The notes below the pieces were generated by a model. The model had not been told where the DNA came from. It did no database searches and saw only the letters and a list, made by a program, of their open reading frames with translations. 64,000 nt of DNA, from positions 4,736-68,735 of the forward strand of contig CACGMO010000005.1 in the NCBI GenBank assembly GCA_902574225.1, given 5' to 3'. Within the stretch, counting starts at the first letter, position 1, and every line of letters begins with the position of its first letter. This DNA comes from an uncultured Alphaproteobacteria bacterium. GTDB taxonomy: Bacteria; Pseudomonadota; Alphaproteobacteria; Rhodobacterales; Rhodobacteraceae. Positions 29,097-38,263 of the stretch are shown piece by piece. The position numbers were made by a program, and so were the translations under genes.

Positions 29097-29170
29097 TGGA
29101 GCGGGTGATGGGAATCGAACCCACGTATTCAGCTTGGAAGGCTGCTGCTCTACCATTGAGCTACACCCGC
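29097..29170 (-). tRNA. tRNA-Gly (TCC)
   Basis: Reverse complement GCGGGTGTAGCTCAATGGTAGAGCAGCAGCCTTCCAAGCTGAATACGTGGGTTCGATTCCCATCACCCGCTCCA. Anticodon loop CTTCCAA, CCA encoded. Confidence 0.95.
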
Positions 29171-29175
29171 ATCAG

Positions 29176-29847
29176 TTAAAACCTATATGTGATACCAGCA
29201 TAGGTCGTATTACCTTTAAGAACAACTGCTGTGCCAGCAGCATTTTTTGTTTCAGTTGATTTATAACCGAGGTTTAAACCTAGGCTTGAAGTTAGGTCGT
29301 ATACAAATCTTACGTCCATAGTTGTCACTTTTTGCTTTCTGTCTTCTGTTTTGTAGCCAAGGATTAAGCTACTACCCTGTGCAACTCCTAAGTTTACTTT
29401 AGTTCCATAGGTATAAAATTTTCCATAATTATTTATATCGCTACCAGCGAAAACCTTTAAACCAAGAGAAGAGGTATTGATGTTATAGGACACCCCCAAG
29501 GAAGTATCGGTTTCCTGAACTGTTGAGAGTTTTATTTGGGATCCCATGAAATGAATGCCAATATTTGAATAAACATTGTATGTTATAGAGCCCTGACTAT
29601 CACTAAATACTATATCATCGAATTTTCCATCGCTCATGCTCAAACTGTAGGAAAGTGATGGTGACAGTTGCCCATCTAGACTTAAAACTCCTCCATCGCC
29701 CGTATACTTTGTTCCAGAAATATCGTAATTAAAAGAACCATAGGATAATCCTGTAATTACACTAACTTGTGAAAAGGCTGTTGTTACACTGATGATAAGT
29801 GAAACTAAAATGGCCAAAGGATACAATTTTTTCATAATAAACTCCAA
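29176..29847 (-). CDS. Outer-membrane beta-barrel protein (small porin / OmpW-like class)
   Basis: Signal peptide MKKLYPLAILVSLIISVTTAFSQ (likely start 29835). Alternating-hydrophobicity strands. C-terminal ..GITYRF typical of OMPs. Confidence 0.75.
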   Translation of the reverse strand: MEFIMKKLYPLAILVSLIISVTTAFSQVSVITGLSYGSFNYDISGTKYTGDGGVLSLDGQLSPSLSYSLSMSDGKFDDIVFSDSQGSITYNVYSNIGIHFMGSQIKLSTVQETDTSLGVSYNINTSSLGLKVFAGSDINNYGKFYTYGTKVNLGVAQGSSLILGYKTEDRKQKVTTMDVRFVYDLTSSLGLNLGYKSTETKNAAGTAVVLKGNTTYAGITYRF

Positions 29848-29887
29848 ATTTTATATGCTTCATGAATATTAAAATTATACTTAAACA

Positions 29888-30559
29888 TCAAGGTTTATCT
29901 TTATAAATACTCAATAAATCTGCAAAGGTTTTTATTTTGAAAACGGCACTGTCGCCCTTCGCTAACTTATATAGACTGCCATGTCCATATTCACAAAAGA
30001 TAAAATCCACATTTGCATTTTTAGCTGCATCTGCATCGGTATTTGTATCACCCACAAAAAAAGCGTCTGCAGGATTTTTATTAAGTCTATTAATTGCTTC
30101 TAAAAGAGGCTTAGGATCTGGTTTCGCAATACCAACGGTATCTGATCCGATTAAAGAGTCTCTAAAAAAACCTATTAACCCTAACCTTTTTATAAGTTCC
30201 CTTGCGTATTTCTCCGGTTTGTTTGTGCAGATCCCTAGCTTAACGCCCATACCTTGCAGCTTTTCAAGCGTTGCAACTACACCGTCATAATTCACGGACC
30301 TTTTATCCAAAACTGTACCATAACTATTGAGATATAGTTGATAGTAATTCTTTAACAACTTCTCATTAAAGTAAATGCCCTCCTCTTTAAGTCCGTAACG
30401 TAATATCGCTCTTCCACCCTGAATTGCGGTTTGTAGACCACTGAAACCTTCAAGCCTTGTTGCCCAACCCTGACTTTCAAACACTAAATTTCCAGCTTCA
30501 AGCATATCATATTTTGTGTCCACAAGTGTCCCATCGAGGTCAAATACTAGAGCTTTCAT
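29888..30559 (-). CDS. HAD-superfamily hydrolase (phosphoglycolate phosphatase-like)
   Basis: DxDGT motif (VFDLDGTLVDT), TNK, GDTNTD. 223 aa. Confidence 0.85.
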   Translation of the reverse strand: MKALVFDLDGTLVDTKYDMLEAGNLVFESQGWATRLEGFSGLQTAIQGGRAILRYGLKEEGIYFNEKLLKNYYQLYLNSYGTVLDKRSVNYDGVVATLEKLQGMGVKLGICTNKPEKYARELIKRLGLIGFFRDSLIGSDTVGIAKPDPKPLLEAINRLNKNPADAFFVGDTNTDADAAKNANVDFIFCEYGHGSLYKLAKGDSAVFKIKTFADLLSIYKDKP

Positions 30560-30607
30560 AACTTTTCCTTACATATTCAGGTTAAATGAAATAAATTAAA
30601 ACGTGTA

Positions 30608-31972
30608 TTGACCATAGAGGTGTTGATGACTGTTTCAACCATAATTTTAGCAGCTGGTAAGGGTACTAGGATGAGAAGTCCTACACCTAAGACTCTCCAC
30701 AAGATAGCTGGGAGATATCTTGTGAGCTTTAGTGTGGAATTAAGCAAGGATATCAAATCCAAAGAGACCATTGTAGTTGTTGGGAAAGAAACCGAACTAG
30801 ATACTAGGAAAGCTCTTTCAGATCATAAGGTAAAATTTTGTGTACAAAACACTCAACTGGGAACTGGAGATGCTGTCAAAATAGCTCTCAAAAACTTGAA
30901 AATAAAAACAAAGCATACACTAGTATTGTATGGAGATACCCCGTTTATCACAAAAGGTACAATCAGGCGAATGATATCGAGAGCGGAAAAGGGTTTCGAA
31001 TTTGTTTTCCTCGGTTTTAAATCACAAACAAAAAATAGTTACGGACAATTTAAACTTGGGCCAAAAAGGACACTCATCGACATAATTGAAAAAAATGAGC
31101 CCGGCTACACTTCTTCCAAATGTTTTTCAAACTCTGGTATACTTTTAGCGCAGTCAAACATAATTACTGATCTAATCACAAAAATTAAGAGCGATAATTC
31201 TAAAAAAGAATACTATTTGACCGATATTGCCAAAATGGCAGCTAAGTGTGGATACTCATCAACATATGTACAGTGTAAGGAAGACGAATGTCTTGGGGTA
31301 AATTCACAACTTGAATTGTCGATTGCAGAAAGAAAATTTCAAAACGACTTCAGAAAAAAGCTAATGGCTTCCGGCGTTTCTATGCTTTCGCCTGAAACCT
31401 GTTTCTTTTCATATGATACAATTATTAAAAGCGGATGCACTATAGAGCCAAATGTCATTTTTGGTACTGGTGTAACAGTTCAAAGCTCTACGATCATCAG
31501 ATCTTATAGTTACATAGAAGGGACTCAGATTGGTAAGCATTGCCAAATTGGTCCTTTTGCTCGGATCAGGCCAGGAACCACGCTATCAGAAAAAGTAAAG
31601 GTCGGAAACTTTGTGGAAGTTAAAAACGCTAGTTTTGCGCCCGGAAGTAAAGCTAATCACTTATCATATATCGGGGATGCAAAGATCGGTACAAACACAA
31701 ATATCGGTGCTGGAACTATATTTTGCAATTATGATGGTAAAAATAAGCATACTACCGTTGTGGGTAATGACGTTTTTGTTGGTTCAAATACAGCTCTCAT
31801 TGCCCCTTTGAAAATTAGTGATGGGTCGATTGTGGCTGCTGGATCAGCGATAAATAGAGATGTACCGCCTGAAAGCCTTGCTATAGCGCGACCAATGCAG
31901 CAGAATAAAATCGGCTTAGCCAAAAAAATAATGCTTAAACTTCAGAAACTTGCTGGTAAAGTAAAGAAATGA
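30608..31972 (+). CDS. glmU: Bifunctional UDP-GlcNAc pyrophosphorylase / GlcN-1-P acetyltransferase
   Basis: ILAAGKGTRMRS nucleotidyltransferase motif plus C-terminal left-handed beta-helix hexapeptide repeats. The likely start is the ATG at 30626. Confidence 0.93.
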   Translation: MTIEVLMTVSTIILAAGKGTRMRSPTPKTLHKIAGRYLVSFSVELSKDIKSKETIVVVGKETELDTRKALSDHKVKFCVQNTQLGTGDAVKIALKNLKIKTKHTLVLYGDTPFITKGTIRRMISRAEKGFEFVFLGFKSQTKNSYGQFKLGPKRTLIDIIEKNEPGYTSSKCFSNSGILLAQSNIITDLITKIKSDNSKKEYYLTDIAKMAAKCGYSSTYVQCKEDECLGVNSQLELSIAERKFQNDFRKKLMASGVSMLSPETCFFSYDTIIKSGCTIEPNVIFGTGVTVQSSTIIRSYSYIEGTQIGKHCQIGPFARIRPGTTLSEKVKVGNFVEVKNASFAPGSKANHLSYIGDAKIGTNTNIGAGTIFCNYDGKNKHTTVVGNDVFVGSNTALIAPLKISDGSIVAAGSAINRDVPPESLAIARPMQQNKIGLAKKIMLKLQKLAGKVKK

Positions 31973-33006
31973 ACAAACCGGTGAATAAATTATTAAAAGA
32001 TAATACACTTGTAGATCCTTTTAATAGGCACATAACGTATTTGAGACTGTCCGTTACCGATCGCTGTGACTTGAGGTGCACTTATTGTATGTCTGAAAAA
32101 ATGACTTTTCTGAATAAAACAGAAATCCTTACATTTGAGGAAATGTATAGGCTTTGTCGTAGTTTTATCAAAGTAGGTATCAAGAAAATAAGAATAACAG
32201 GTGGGGAGCCGCTAATTCGAAAAGGTATCATGGATTTATTCGAAATGTTAAAACCTCATTTATCCTCCGATTTAAATGAACTCACTCTAACTACCAACGG
32301 TACGCAACTGCATAAGTATGCTAACCAACTTTACTCTAATGGTGTTAGAAGAATAAATGTATCGCTAGATACCTTAGACCCAACAAAGTTTAAGCTTATC
32401 ACAAGAATTGGAAAACTCGAAGACGTATTGTCAGGAATTGATGCAGCAAGAGATGCAAATATAAGGGTCAAAATTAATTGTGTAGCATTAAAGAATATTA
32501 ATGAGAATGAAATAGAAAAGTTTGTTAATTGGTGTATCGAAAAAGATTTTGACCTCACGTTCATTGAAACGATGCCAATGGGTGATATAGGCAATGAGAG
32601 CCGTTTGAACCATTTTTTATCTCTCGAAGAGGTAAAAAAAAGTCTTACGTCAAAGTATAAATTAGAGGACATTACACTCTCGACGGGAGGCCCCGCCAGA
32701 TATAGTAAAATAGAGGGGTCTGATATAAAATTGGGTTTTATTACTCCCTTGTCACATAACTTTTGCTCTACTTGTAATCGTATAAGGATCGACGCAACAG
32801 GCGTCTTGCATCAGTGTCTCGGGCAAAGTGAAAGTTTAGACTTTCGAAAAATACTTCGAGATCCCTTCTCGACAAATGACAAACTTCTCGAAATCATAAA
32901 AAATTCGGTAAAACAAAAACCTGAAAAACATTCTTTCGCTTATGATTTTTCTAAGGAGGAGATAAAAGGACAGATTAATAGGCACATGAGTCTAACTGGG
33001 GGGTAA
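31969..33006 (+). CDS. moaA: GTP 3',8-cyclase (molybdenum cofactor biosynthesis protein A)
   Basis: Radical-SAM CDLRCTYC, GGEPL, C-terminal CSTCNRIRIDATG cluster, terminal GG. 4-nt overlap with glmU. Confidence 0.93.
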   Translation: MNKPVNKLLKDNTLVDPFNRHITYLRLSVTDRCDLRCTYCMSEKMTFLNKTEILTFEEMYRLCRSFIKVGIKKIRITGGEPLIRKGIMDLFEMLKPHLSSDLNELTLTTNGTQLHKYANQLYSNGVRRINVSLDTLDPTKFKLITRIGKLEDVLSGIDAARDANIRVKINCVALKNINENEIEKFVNWCIEKDFDLTFIETMPMGDIGNESRLNHFLSLEEVKKSLTSKYKLEDITLSTGGPARYSKIEGSDIKLGFITPLSHNFCSTCNRIRIDATGVLHQCLGQSESLDFRKILRDPFSTNDKLLEIIKNSVKQKPEKHSFAYDFSKEEIKGQINRHMSLTGG

Positions 33007-33097
33007 CGGCTATTTCATAGAGGTGTAAGGGAAGCACTTAACAAAAATAGCTTGCACTTTTTTGCGTTGAGTTTTAAATACAATCGCAAGTTTGTTA

Positions 33098-33174
33098 GGC
33101 GGAGTAGCTCAGGCGGTTAGAGCAGAGGAATCATAATCCTTGTGTCGGGGGTTCAAGTCCCTCCTCCGCTACCA
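33098..33174 (+). tRNA. tRNA with CAT anticodon (elongator Met, or Ile2 if lysidine-modified)
   Basis: GGCGGAGTAGCTCAGGCGGTTAGAGCAGAGGAATCATAATCCTTGTGTCGGGGGTTCAAGTCCCTCCTCCGCTACCA. Cloverleaf with a G1-U72 wobble. It lacks the initiator features (no C1xA72, no GGG/CCC anticodon stem). Confidence 0.88.
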
Positions 33175-33398
33175 TAATTTTAAAACGTAGCATTTTGTCG
33201 AAAGCCGACTAATAATTCGTTTAAGAGGTACCAAAATTCCTTAAAATTTTGTATGATACTAAGCTTGTTAACTTAATTTTAAGAGACATACATAGGAGAA
33301 TTGTGAGTACAGATCCGTATATCGATTTCCTAAATAATAACTAGTTACTTTGATTGGCTCATTCATTTACCAAAAAATAAGCCGAAATTATATTACCT

Positions 33399-33980
33399 TT
33401 AGGCTGTTTTTAGTTGTTCTCGAGATACCGCTAGTCTTGCACATTGCCCCATTAGCTCCATTATCACCCAAATGCGCTTTGTACTTTCAATTGTTTCAAC
33501 AGTTGCAACAAAGTTGGCGAAAGGACCTGTCAAGAGTTCTACCGAGTCACCGGTCATAAGTTTTTCCGACGAACGAAGAACGCCGAATTTATCACACCGT
33601 AACATCAGTCCTTTCACCAAAGAGTTTGGCAGAGGACTAGGTCTATGAAAATTATTGACAAGACGTGATACACCTACAGTATTTTTTATATTTTGCCAGG
33701 GAGCAGATTTATCATTTACACCAACAAACATGTATCCTGGAAATAGCGGCTTAAGAATGTTGTTATACCTTGAGCCGTTTCTGGATGTTACTTGTTGCAA
33801 GGGTAAAAATGTTTTGAAAGACTGCTGTTTCAAATTGCGCTCAGCCAATCGATGGCTATTTGACTTAAACTGAATTAAAAACCAATTTATCATTAACCGA
33901 ATTTCATTCACGTTGTTTATAATTGAGCCTAGTAGCATAGAAGACCCAATAGGTCCAGTAAATAGGCTTGAGTCTTCCAA
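33399..33980 (-). CDS. Specialised NusG paralog (RfaH/UpxY-like transcription antiterminator)
   Basis: NGN-like N-domain (WFLIQFKSNSHRLAERNL..FLPL) and KOW motif (GDSVELLTGPFANFVATVE). It is not in a secE-nusG-rplK context and sits divergently next to polysaccharide genes. The likely start is 33893 (MINWFLIQ). Confidence 0.8.
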   Translation of the reverse strand: MEDSSLFTGPIGSSMLLGSIINNVNEIRLMINWFLIQFKSNSHRLAERNLKQQSFKTFLPLQQVTSRNGSRYNNILKPLFPGYMFVGVNDKSAPWQNIKNTVGVSRLVNNFHRPSPLPNSLVKGLMLRCDKFGVLRSSEKLMTGDSVELLTGPFANFVATVETIESTKRIWVIMELMGQCARLAVSREQLKTA

Positions 33981-34211
33981 TAAAAGTTAAATTTCTCCAA
34001 AAAATATGCCAATATTTTCACAGGCTAAGCGCTTGTCGGAACCATTATTAACTTTTTTACAAAATTAAAAACTCACACTATTTAAACATCGATTTTTTTG
34101 TTGTATATTCTGACGACTTCTGTTACCTCTCAAACTTGAGCATTCTATGATTTTAGTACAAACAAGCTTTTGTTAACGAAAAATGTAGCCAACGTTCATT
34201 TCGAGGCACAG

Positions 34212-34223
34212 TGCGGTAGCTAT
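34212..34223 (+). promoter_or_regulatory. ops-like element (TGCGGTAGCTAT) at the head of the polysaccharide operon
   Basis: Matches 7 of the 8 core positions of the enterobacterial ops consensus GGCGGTAGnnTG, on the non-template strand of the + operon. It lies about 320 nt from the RfaH-like gene start and abuts the ATG at 34222. The same 8-mer, GCGGTAGC, also occurs twice inside coding regions. Confidence 0.35.
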
Positions 34224-34611
34224 GGGTTTACTTACAGTGGCTAGTAGGCGTAAAGAACAACAGTCAGAAAATACATTGAAAGTCTTGAGACTTATCTCCA
34301 ACATACCTGAGTTATCTTCTCGACGAGTAGCGGATGCTATTGGTATCTCAAACGGGTCGGCTTACTATGTTTTAACAGCACTGATTGAAAAAGGACTAGT
34401 GAAAATTGGGAACTTTAAGAAAAATCCCAATAAAAGAAAATATGTATACCTTTTGACCCCTAAAGGTCTACGTGAAAAATCATTGCTTACACGTAGGTTT
34501 ATCGAACGAAAGAGATTGGAATTTATAGACCTAAAAGCTGAAATTCAAGCCCTTGAGGAAGAAGTAGGACTCGAAAATGAGACCATTTCCAATTATTGGA
34601 AAGAAGAATAA
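34222..34611 (+). CDS. MarR-family transcriptional regulator, EPS-associated type
   Basis: Winged-helix (LSSRRVADAIGISNGSAYYVLTALIEKGLVKIGNFKKNPNKRKYVYLLTPKG) followed by a coiled-coil tail. This matches my memory of the EPS-associated MarR family architecture. Confidence 0.8.
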   Translation: MGLLTVASRRKEQQSENTLKVLRLISNIPELSSRRVADAIGISNGSAYYVLTALIEKGLVKIGNFKKNPNKRKYVYLLTPKGLREKSLLTRRFIERKRLEFIDLKAEIQALEEEVGLENETISNYWKEE

Positions 34612-35990
34612 TGTCTAATCTTTCATGCTTCATGGCTTACGATATTCGTGGGGAAATTGGTGTTAATATCGATGAAAATGTTTGTTATCGAATTGGAAGA
34701 GCGGTAGCGCAGCATTTTCAGGCAGAAAATATAGTGATTGGCTATGATGCTCGCAAAACAAGCTCGACTTTTGCAGCTGCAACGGCGCAGGGAATTACCG
34801 ATGCGGGATCAAATGTGCTTGATTTAGGCATGGCCGGCACTGAAGAAATGTATTGGGCAGTAACAGAATTTGGAGCATGTGCTGGAATTGAGGTAACAGC
34901 TTCTCACAATCCGATTAACTATAATGGTATGAAAATAGTTAAATTTGGTTCAAAGCCATTAGATGAAAAAATGGACTTTCAAAAAATTAAAAGTTTGGCA
35001 AATTTCCAGAAGTGGGAAGCAAAATCCAACGTTGGTTCCATCAAAAATATTTGCACCCAAGCCCGGGAAAAGTACATTCAACAAATTTTGAAATTTGTTA
35101 ACCTTTCAAAACTTCGGCCTCTAAAGGTTGTAATTAATTCGGGCAATGGCGCTGCTGGGCCTACAGTAGATAAAATCTGCGAAAAACTTATGGAATTCAG
35201 AGCACCCATTGATATCATTCACATTCTTCCAAAACCCGATGGTAGTTTTCCAAATGGTATACCAAACCCTCTCCTTCCAGAAAATCATCCTATAACCTCT
35301 AAAGCGGTTATAAACGAAAAAGCAGATATGGGGATAGCTTTTGATGGTGACTTTGACCGTTGCTTTTTTTTTGATGAAAACGGTAAATTTATACCTAGCG
35401 AATACATCGTAGGTCTTTTGAGCTCAATCTTCATTGATAGAGAAGACTCCGTAAAAATAATTCATGACTCGCGCATTTTATTCAACACTAGGGACATAGT
35501 AGACTCGAAGGGTGCTGTAGGCATTCAGTCTAAGACAGGACACGCTTTTGTTAAACATGCCATGCGCAAACATGATGCGGTTTACGGTGGTGAAGTATCG
35601 GCCCATCATTATTTTCGTGATTTTTGTTATTGTGATAGTGGTATGATCCCATGGCTAATGGTTATACAGGAAGTATCAGAAACCAAAAGATCTTTAGGCG
35701 AACTGATGAAAAAACGAATGCAAGCTTATCCAAGCTCTGGTGAAATAAATTTTGTAGTAGACAATGCTGATATTGCCATTGAAAGAGTAAGGAAAGCGTA
35801 TTTAGGTAAACGAGCATCAATTGATAAAACTGACGGGTTAAGCATAGAATTTGAAAACTGGCGTTTTAACATTAGAAAATCCAATACCGAAGCCCTTATT
35901 CGACTCAACCTAGAAACAAAAGGGAACTCGGAAAATATTATGTCAAAAATAAAAAAAATTGAGACTCTAATTGGTGGCTCAAGAGTTTAA
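34611..35990 (+). CDS. manB: Phosphomannomutase/phosphoglucomutase
   Basis: TASHNP active-site loop, GIAFDGDFDR metal site, GGEVSAHHYF sugar-binding loop. ATG at 34611 overlaps the MarR stop (TAATG). The track ORF begins at 34596. Confidence 0.92.
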   Translation: MSNLSCFMAYDIRGEIGVNIDENVCYRIGRAVAQHFQAENIVIGYDARKTSSTFAAATAQGITDAGSNVLDLGMAGTEEMYWAVTEFGACAGIEVTASHNPINYNGMKIVKFGSKPLDEKMDFQKIKSLANFQKWEAKSNVGSIKNICTQAREKYIQQILKFVNLSKLRPLKVVINSGNGAAGPTVDKICEKLMEFRAPIDIIHILPKPDGSFPNGIPNPLLPENHPITSKAVINEKADMGIAFDGDFDRCFFFDENGKFIPSEYIVGLLSSIFIDREDSVKIIHDSRILFNTRDIVDSKGAVGIQSKTGHAFVKHAMRKHDAVYGGEVSAHHYFRDFCYCDSGMIPWLMVIQEVSETKRSLGELMKKRMQAYPSSGEINFVVDNADIAIERVRKAYLGKRASIDKTDGLSIEFENWRFNIRKSNTEALIRLNLETKGNSENIMSKIKKIETLIGGSRV

Positions 35991-36052
35991 AAAATGCTTT
36001 TTATAATACATTTAGCCACTCACTTTCTAATTAAATTTTATAAAAAAAATTC

Positions 36053-37219
36053 ATGAAAATCGTTGTTGTTGGGTTAGGATATGTTGGATTATCGAATGCG
36101 GTACTTTTAGCTCAGAATAACGAGGTTATAGGGATTGATATCTCGATAGATCGCGTAAATATGATAAATTTAAAGCAATCCCCAATTGATGACATAGAGC
36201 TAACAAAATATATAGAGAAAAAATCTTTAAACCTGAGTGCGTCTAACGCTATCGATGAAGTTATATCTGGGACAGATTACGTCATAATATGTACACCGAC
36301 AGATTATAATAGCAAAAATAATTATTTTGATACAACTCTTGTTGAAAAAGTTATTGAGCAAGTTTGCACTCTTGAACCAAATGCGTGCATTGTGATTAAA
36401 TCAACGATCCCTATGGGCTTTACTGACTTCATAAGAGCAAAATACCAAACAGAGTCAGTAATTTTTTCACCAGAGTTTTTACGCGAAGGGAGAGCCCTTC
36501 ATGACAATCTTTATCCAAGTAGAATAATTATCGGCGATAAATCCGAAAAAGCAGTGATTTTTGCCGATCTACTTAAAGAAGGGGCACTTAAAGAAAATAT
36601 CGACGTTTTATTTACGGGCTCACGCGAAGCAGAGGCCATAAAACTGTTTTCTAATACTTATTTGGCAATGCGAGTTTCTTTCTTTAATGAGTTAGATAGC
36701 TATGCTTTGGCTTCCAATCTCAGTAGCTTAGAGATTATCCGCGGAGTCTCTTTAGATCCACGTATTGGAAATGATTACAATAATCCATCTTTTGGGTATG
36801 GTGGATACTGTTTACCAAAAGATACAAAACAGCTTCTTGCAAATTATAATGACGTGCCCCAGCAAGTTATCAAGGCAATAATTACTTCTAATGATACAAG
36901 AAAAGACTATTTAGTGGAATATATCCTTAAAAACACCCCAAAAGTTGTAGGCGTGCATCGTTTAATTATGAAAGCAGGTAGCGATAATTTTCGAGATAGC
37001 GCTATTCGTGGGATAATAGAACGCATTCATTTAAAAAAGACGGCTATTATAATTTATGAGCCTGGTATAAATGAAGAGTTTTATGAGGGATGTAAAATTG
37101 AAAATAATTTAGACATTTTTAAACAGCAATCAGATATAATTGTCGCTAATAGATTTAGTCAAGAATTAAATGATGTGAGAAATAAAGTATTTACGCGAGA
37201 TTTATTTGGGTCCGATTGA
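36053..37219 (+). CDS. ugd: UDP-glucose 6-dehydrogenase
   Basis: MKIVVVGLGYVGLSNA Rossmann start, catalytic GYGGYCLPKD. 388 aa. Confidence 0.93.
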   Translation: MKIVVVGLGYVGLSNAVLLAQNNEVIGIDISIDRVNMINLKQSPIDDIELTKYIEKKSLNLSASNAIDEVISGTDYVIICTPTDYNSKNNYFDTTLVEKVIEQVCTLEPNACIVIKSTIPMGFTDFIRAKYQTESVIFSPEFLREGRALHDNLYPSRIIIGDKSEKAVIFADLLKEGALKENIDVLFTGSREAEAIKLFSNTYLAMRVSFFNELDSYALASNLSSLEIIRGVSLDPRIGNDYNNPSFGYGGYCLPKDTKQLLANYNDVPQQVIKAIITSNDTRKDYLVEYILKNTPKVVGVHRLIMKAGSDNFRDSAIRGIIERIHLKKTAIIIYEPGINEEFYEGCKIENNLDIFKQQSDIIVANRFSQELNDVRNKVFTRDLFGSD

Positions 37220-37222
37220 ACA

Positions 37223-38263
37223 ATGCATAATTTTAATAAAAACGTAGCCCTTGTTACAGGATCAGCTGGATTTATAGGTTTTCACATTTCAAGAAAACTG
37301 CTTAGCGAAGGTTGGAAAGTGATCGGAATTGACTCAATGTCTGATTATTATGATATTTCCCTAAAGGAAAATCGTGAAAAATTGCTTCTTCAAAGCAATA
37401 ATTATAGCTCTATCCACGAAAGGGTTGAAAAGCAAGGCGTACTTAAAAATGTTATTAGTAAAGAAAAACCAGCAATAATATTACATTTAGCTGGACAAGC
37501 AGGTGTTCGATACTCATTAGAGGATCCTCGATCCTATCTAGAGGCAAACATTGTTGGAACATTTGAACTTTTAGAGGCAGCAAAATTGTTTCCTCCAAAA
37601 CATATGCTTTTAGCATCATCATCATCCGCTTATGGCGCAAATGACAAGATGCCTTTTTCTGAGAAAGACAAAGCAGACCATCAAACCTCATTTTATGCCG
37701 CTACAAAAAAATCTACAGAAATTATGGCCCATAGCTATTCACATTTATTTGATCTTCCAATAACGATGTTCAGGTTTTTTACAGTATACGGACCTTGGGG
37801 GAGGCCAGACATGGCACTGTTCAAGTTTACAAAAAATATTCTTAAAAGAGAGAAGATTGATGTTTTCAATCATGGTGAGATGAGTCGTGACTTTACATAC
37901 ATTGACGATCTTACAAACGCAATTTGGCTTTTAATTAAAAGTATCCCAGAAAAAAAAATTAAAGTGAGTGATAAAGAAAAAAATGATAGCCTTTCCCCTG
38001 TTGCACCCTTCCGGATTATTAATATTGGGAATTCAAAACCTCAAAAGCTAACAGATTTCATCGAAGTAATCGAGAAAGCTCTAAATATGCGCGCAAAAAA
38101 AAACTATCTTCCAATGCAAACTGGAGACCTAGACTCGACTTGGGCTGATACAAGTTTATTAAGAAAATTAACAAACTATAAAGCGCAAACATCAATTCAA
38201 CAGGGAGTAGCTGAGTTTATAAGATGGTATCAGGCCTACTATAATATCGAAAAAAATTATTGA
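37223..38263 (+). CDS. UDP-glucuronate 4-epimerase (NAD-dependent SDR)
   Basis: VTGSAGFIGFH, DYYDISLK, HLAGQAGVRYS, YAATKK, RFFTVYGPWGRPDMA, all characteristic of the UDP-GlcA 4-epimerase subgroup. Directly follows ugd. Confidence 0.85.
   Translation: MHNFNKNVALVTGSAGFIGFHISRKLLSEGWKVIGIDSMSDYYDISLKENREKLLLQSNNYSSIHERVEKQGVLKNVISKEKPAIILHLAGQAGVRYSLEDPRSYLEANIVGTFELLEAAKLFPPKHMLLASSSSAYGANDKMPFSEKDKADHQTSFYAATKKSTEIMAHSYSHLFDLPITMFRFFTVYGPWGRPDMALFKFTKNILKREKIDVFNHGEMSRDFTYIDDLTNAIWLLIKSIPEKKIKVSDKEKNDSLSPVAPFRIINIGNSKPQKLTDFIEVIEKALNMRAKKNYLPMQTGDLDSTWADTSLLRKLTNYKAQTSIQQGVAEFIRWYQAYYNIEKNY

Noticed and set aside
18620-30607. The switch from minus-strand to plus-strand gene orientation as a sign of a nearby replication origin.
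   Set aside because: I could not identify DnaA-box clusters or origin-linked genes (dnaA, hemE, parAB). I cannot compute cumulative GC skew by eye, and purine bias of the coding strand confounds spot counts.
30577-30771. A 64-aa minus-strand ORF spanning the HAD/glmU divergent region.
   Set aside because: It overlaps the glmU N-terminus (including the conserved AAGKGTRM motif) in antisense and has no motif of its own. It is most likely spurious.
34701-34708. Additional GCGGTAGC (ops-core-like) 8-mers at 34701-34708 (in manB) and 60460-60467 (in gmd).
   Set aside because: Both are in-frame Ala-Val-Ala codon strings (GCG GTA GC.) inside conserved coding sequence. They are most simply coincidental. 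They lower the statistical weight of the leader motif at 34213-34220, and I say so in that finding.
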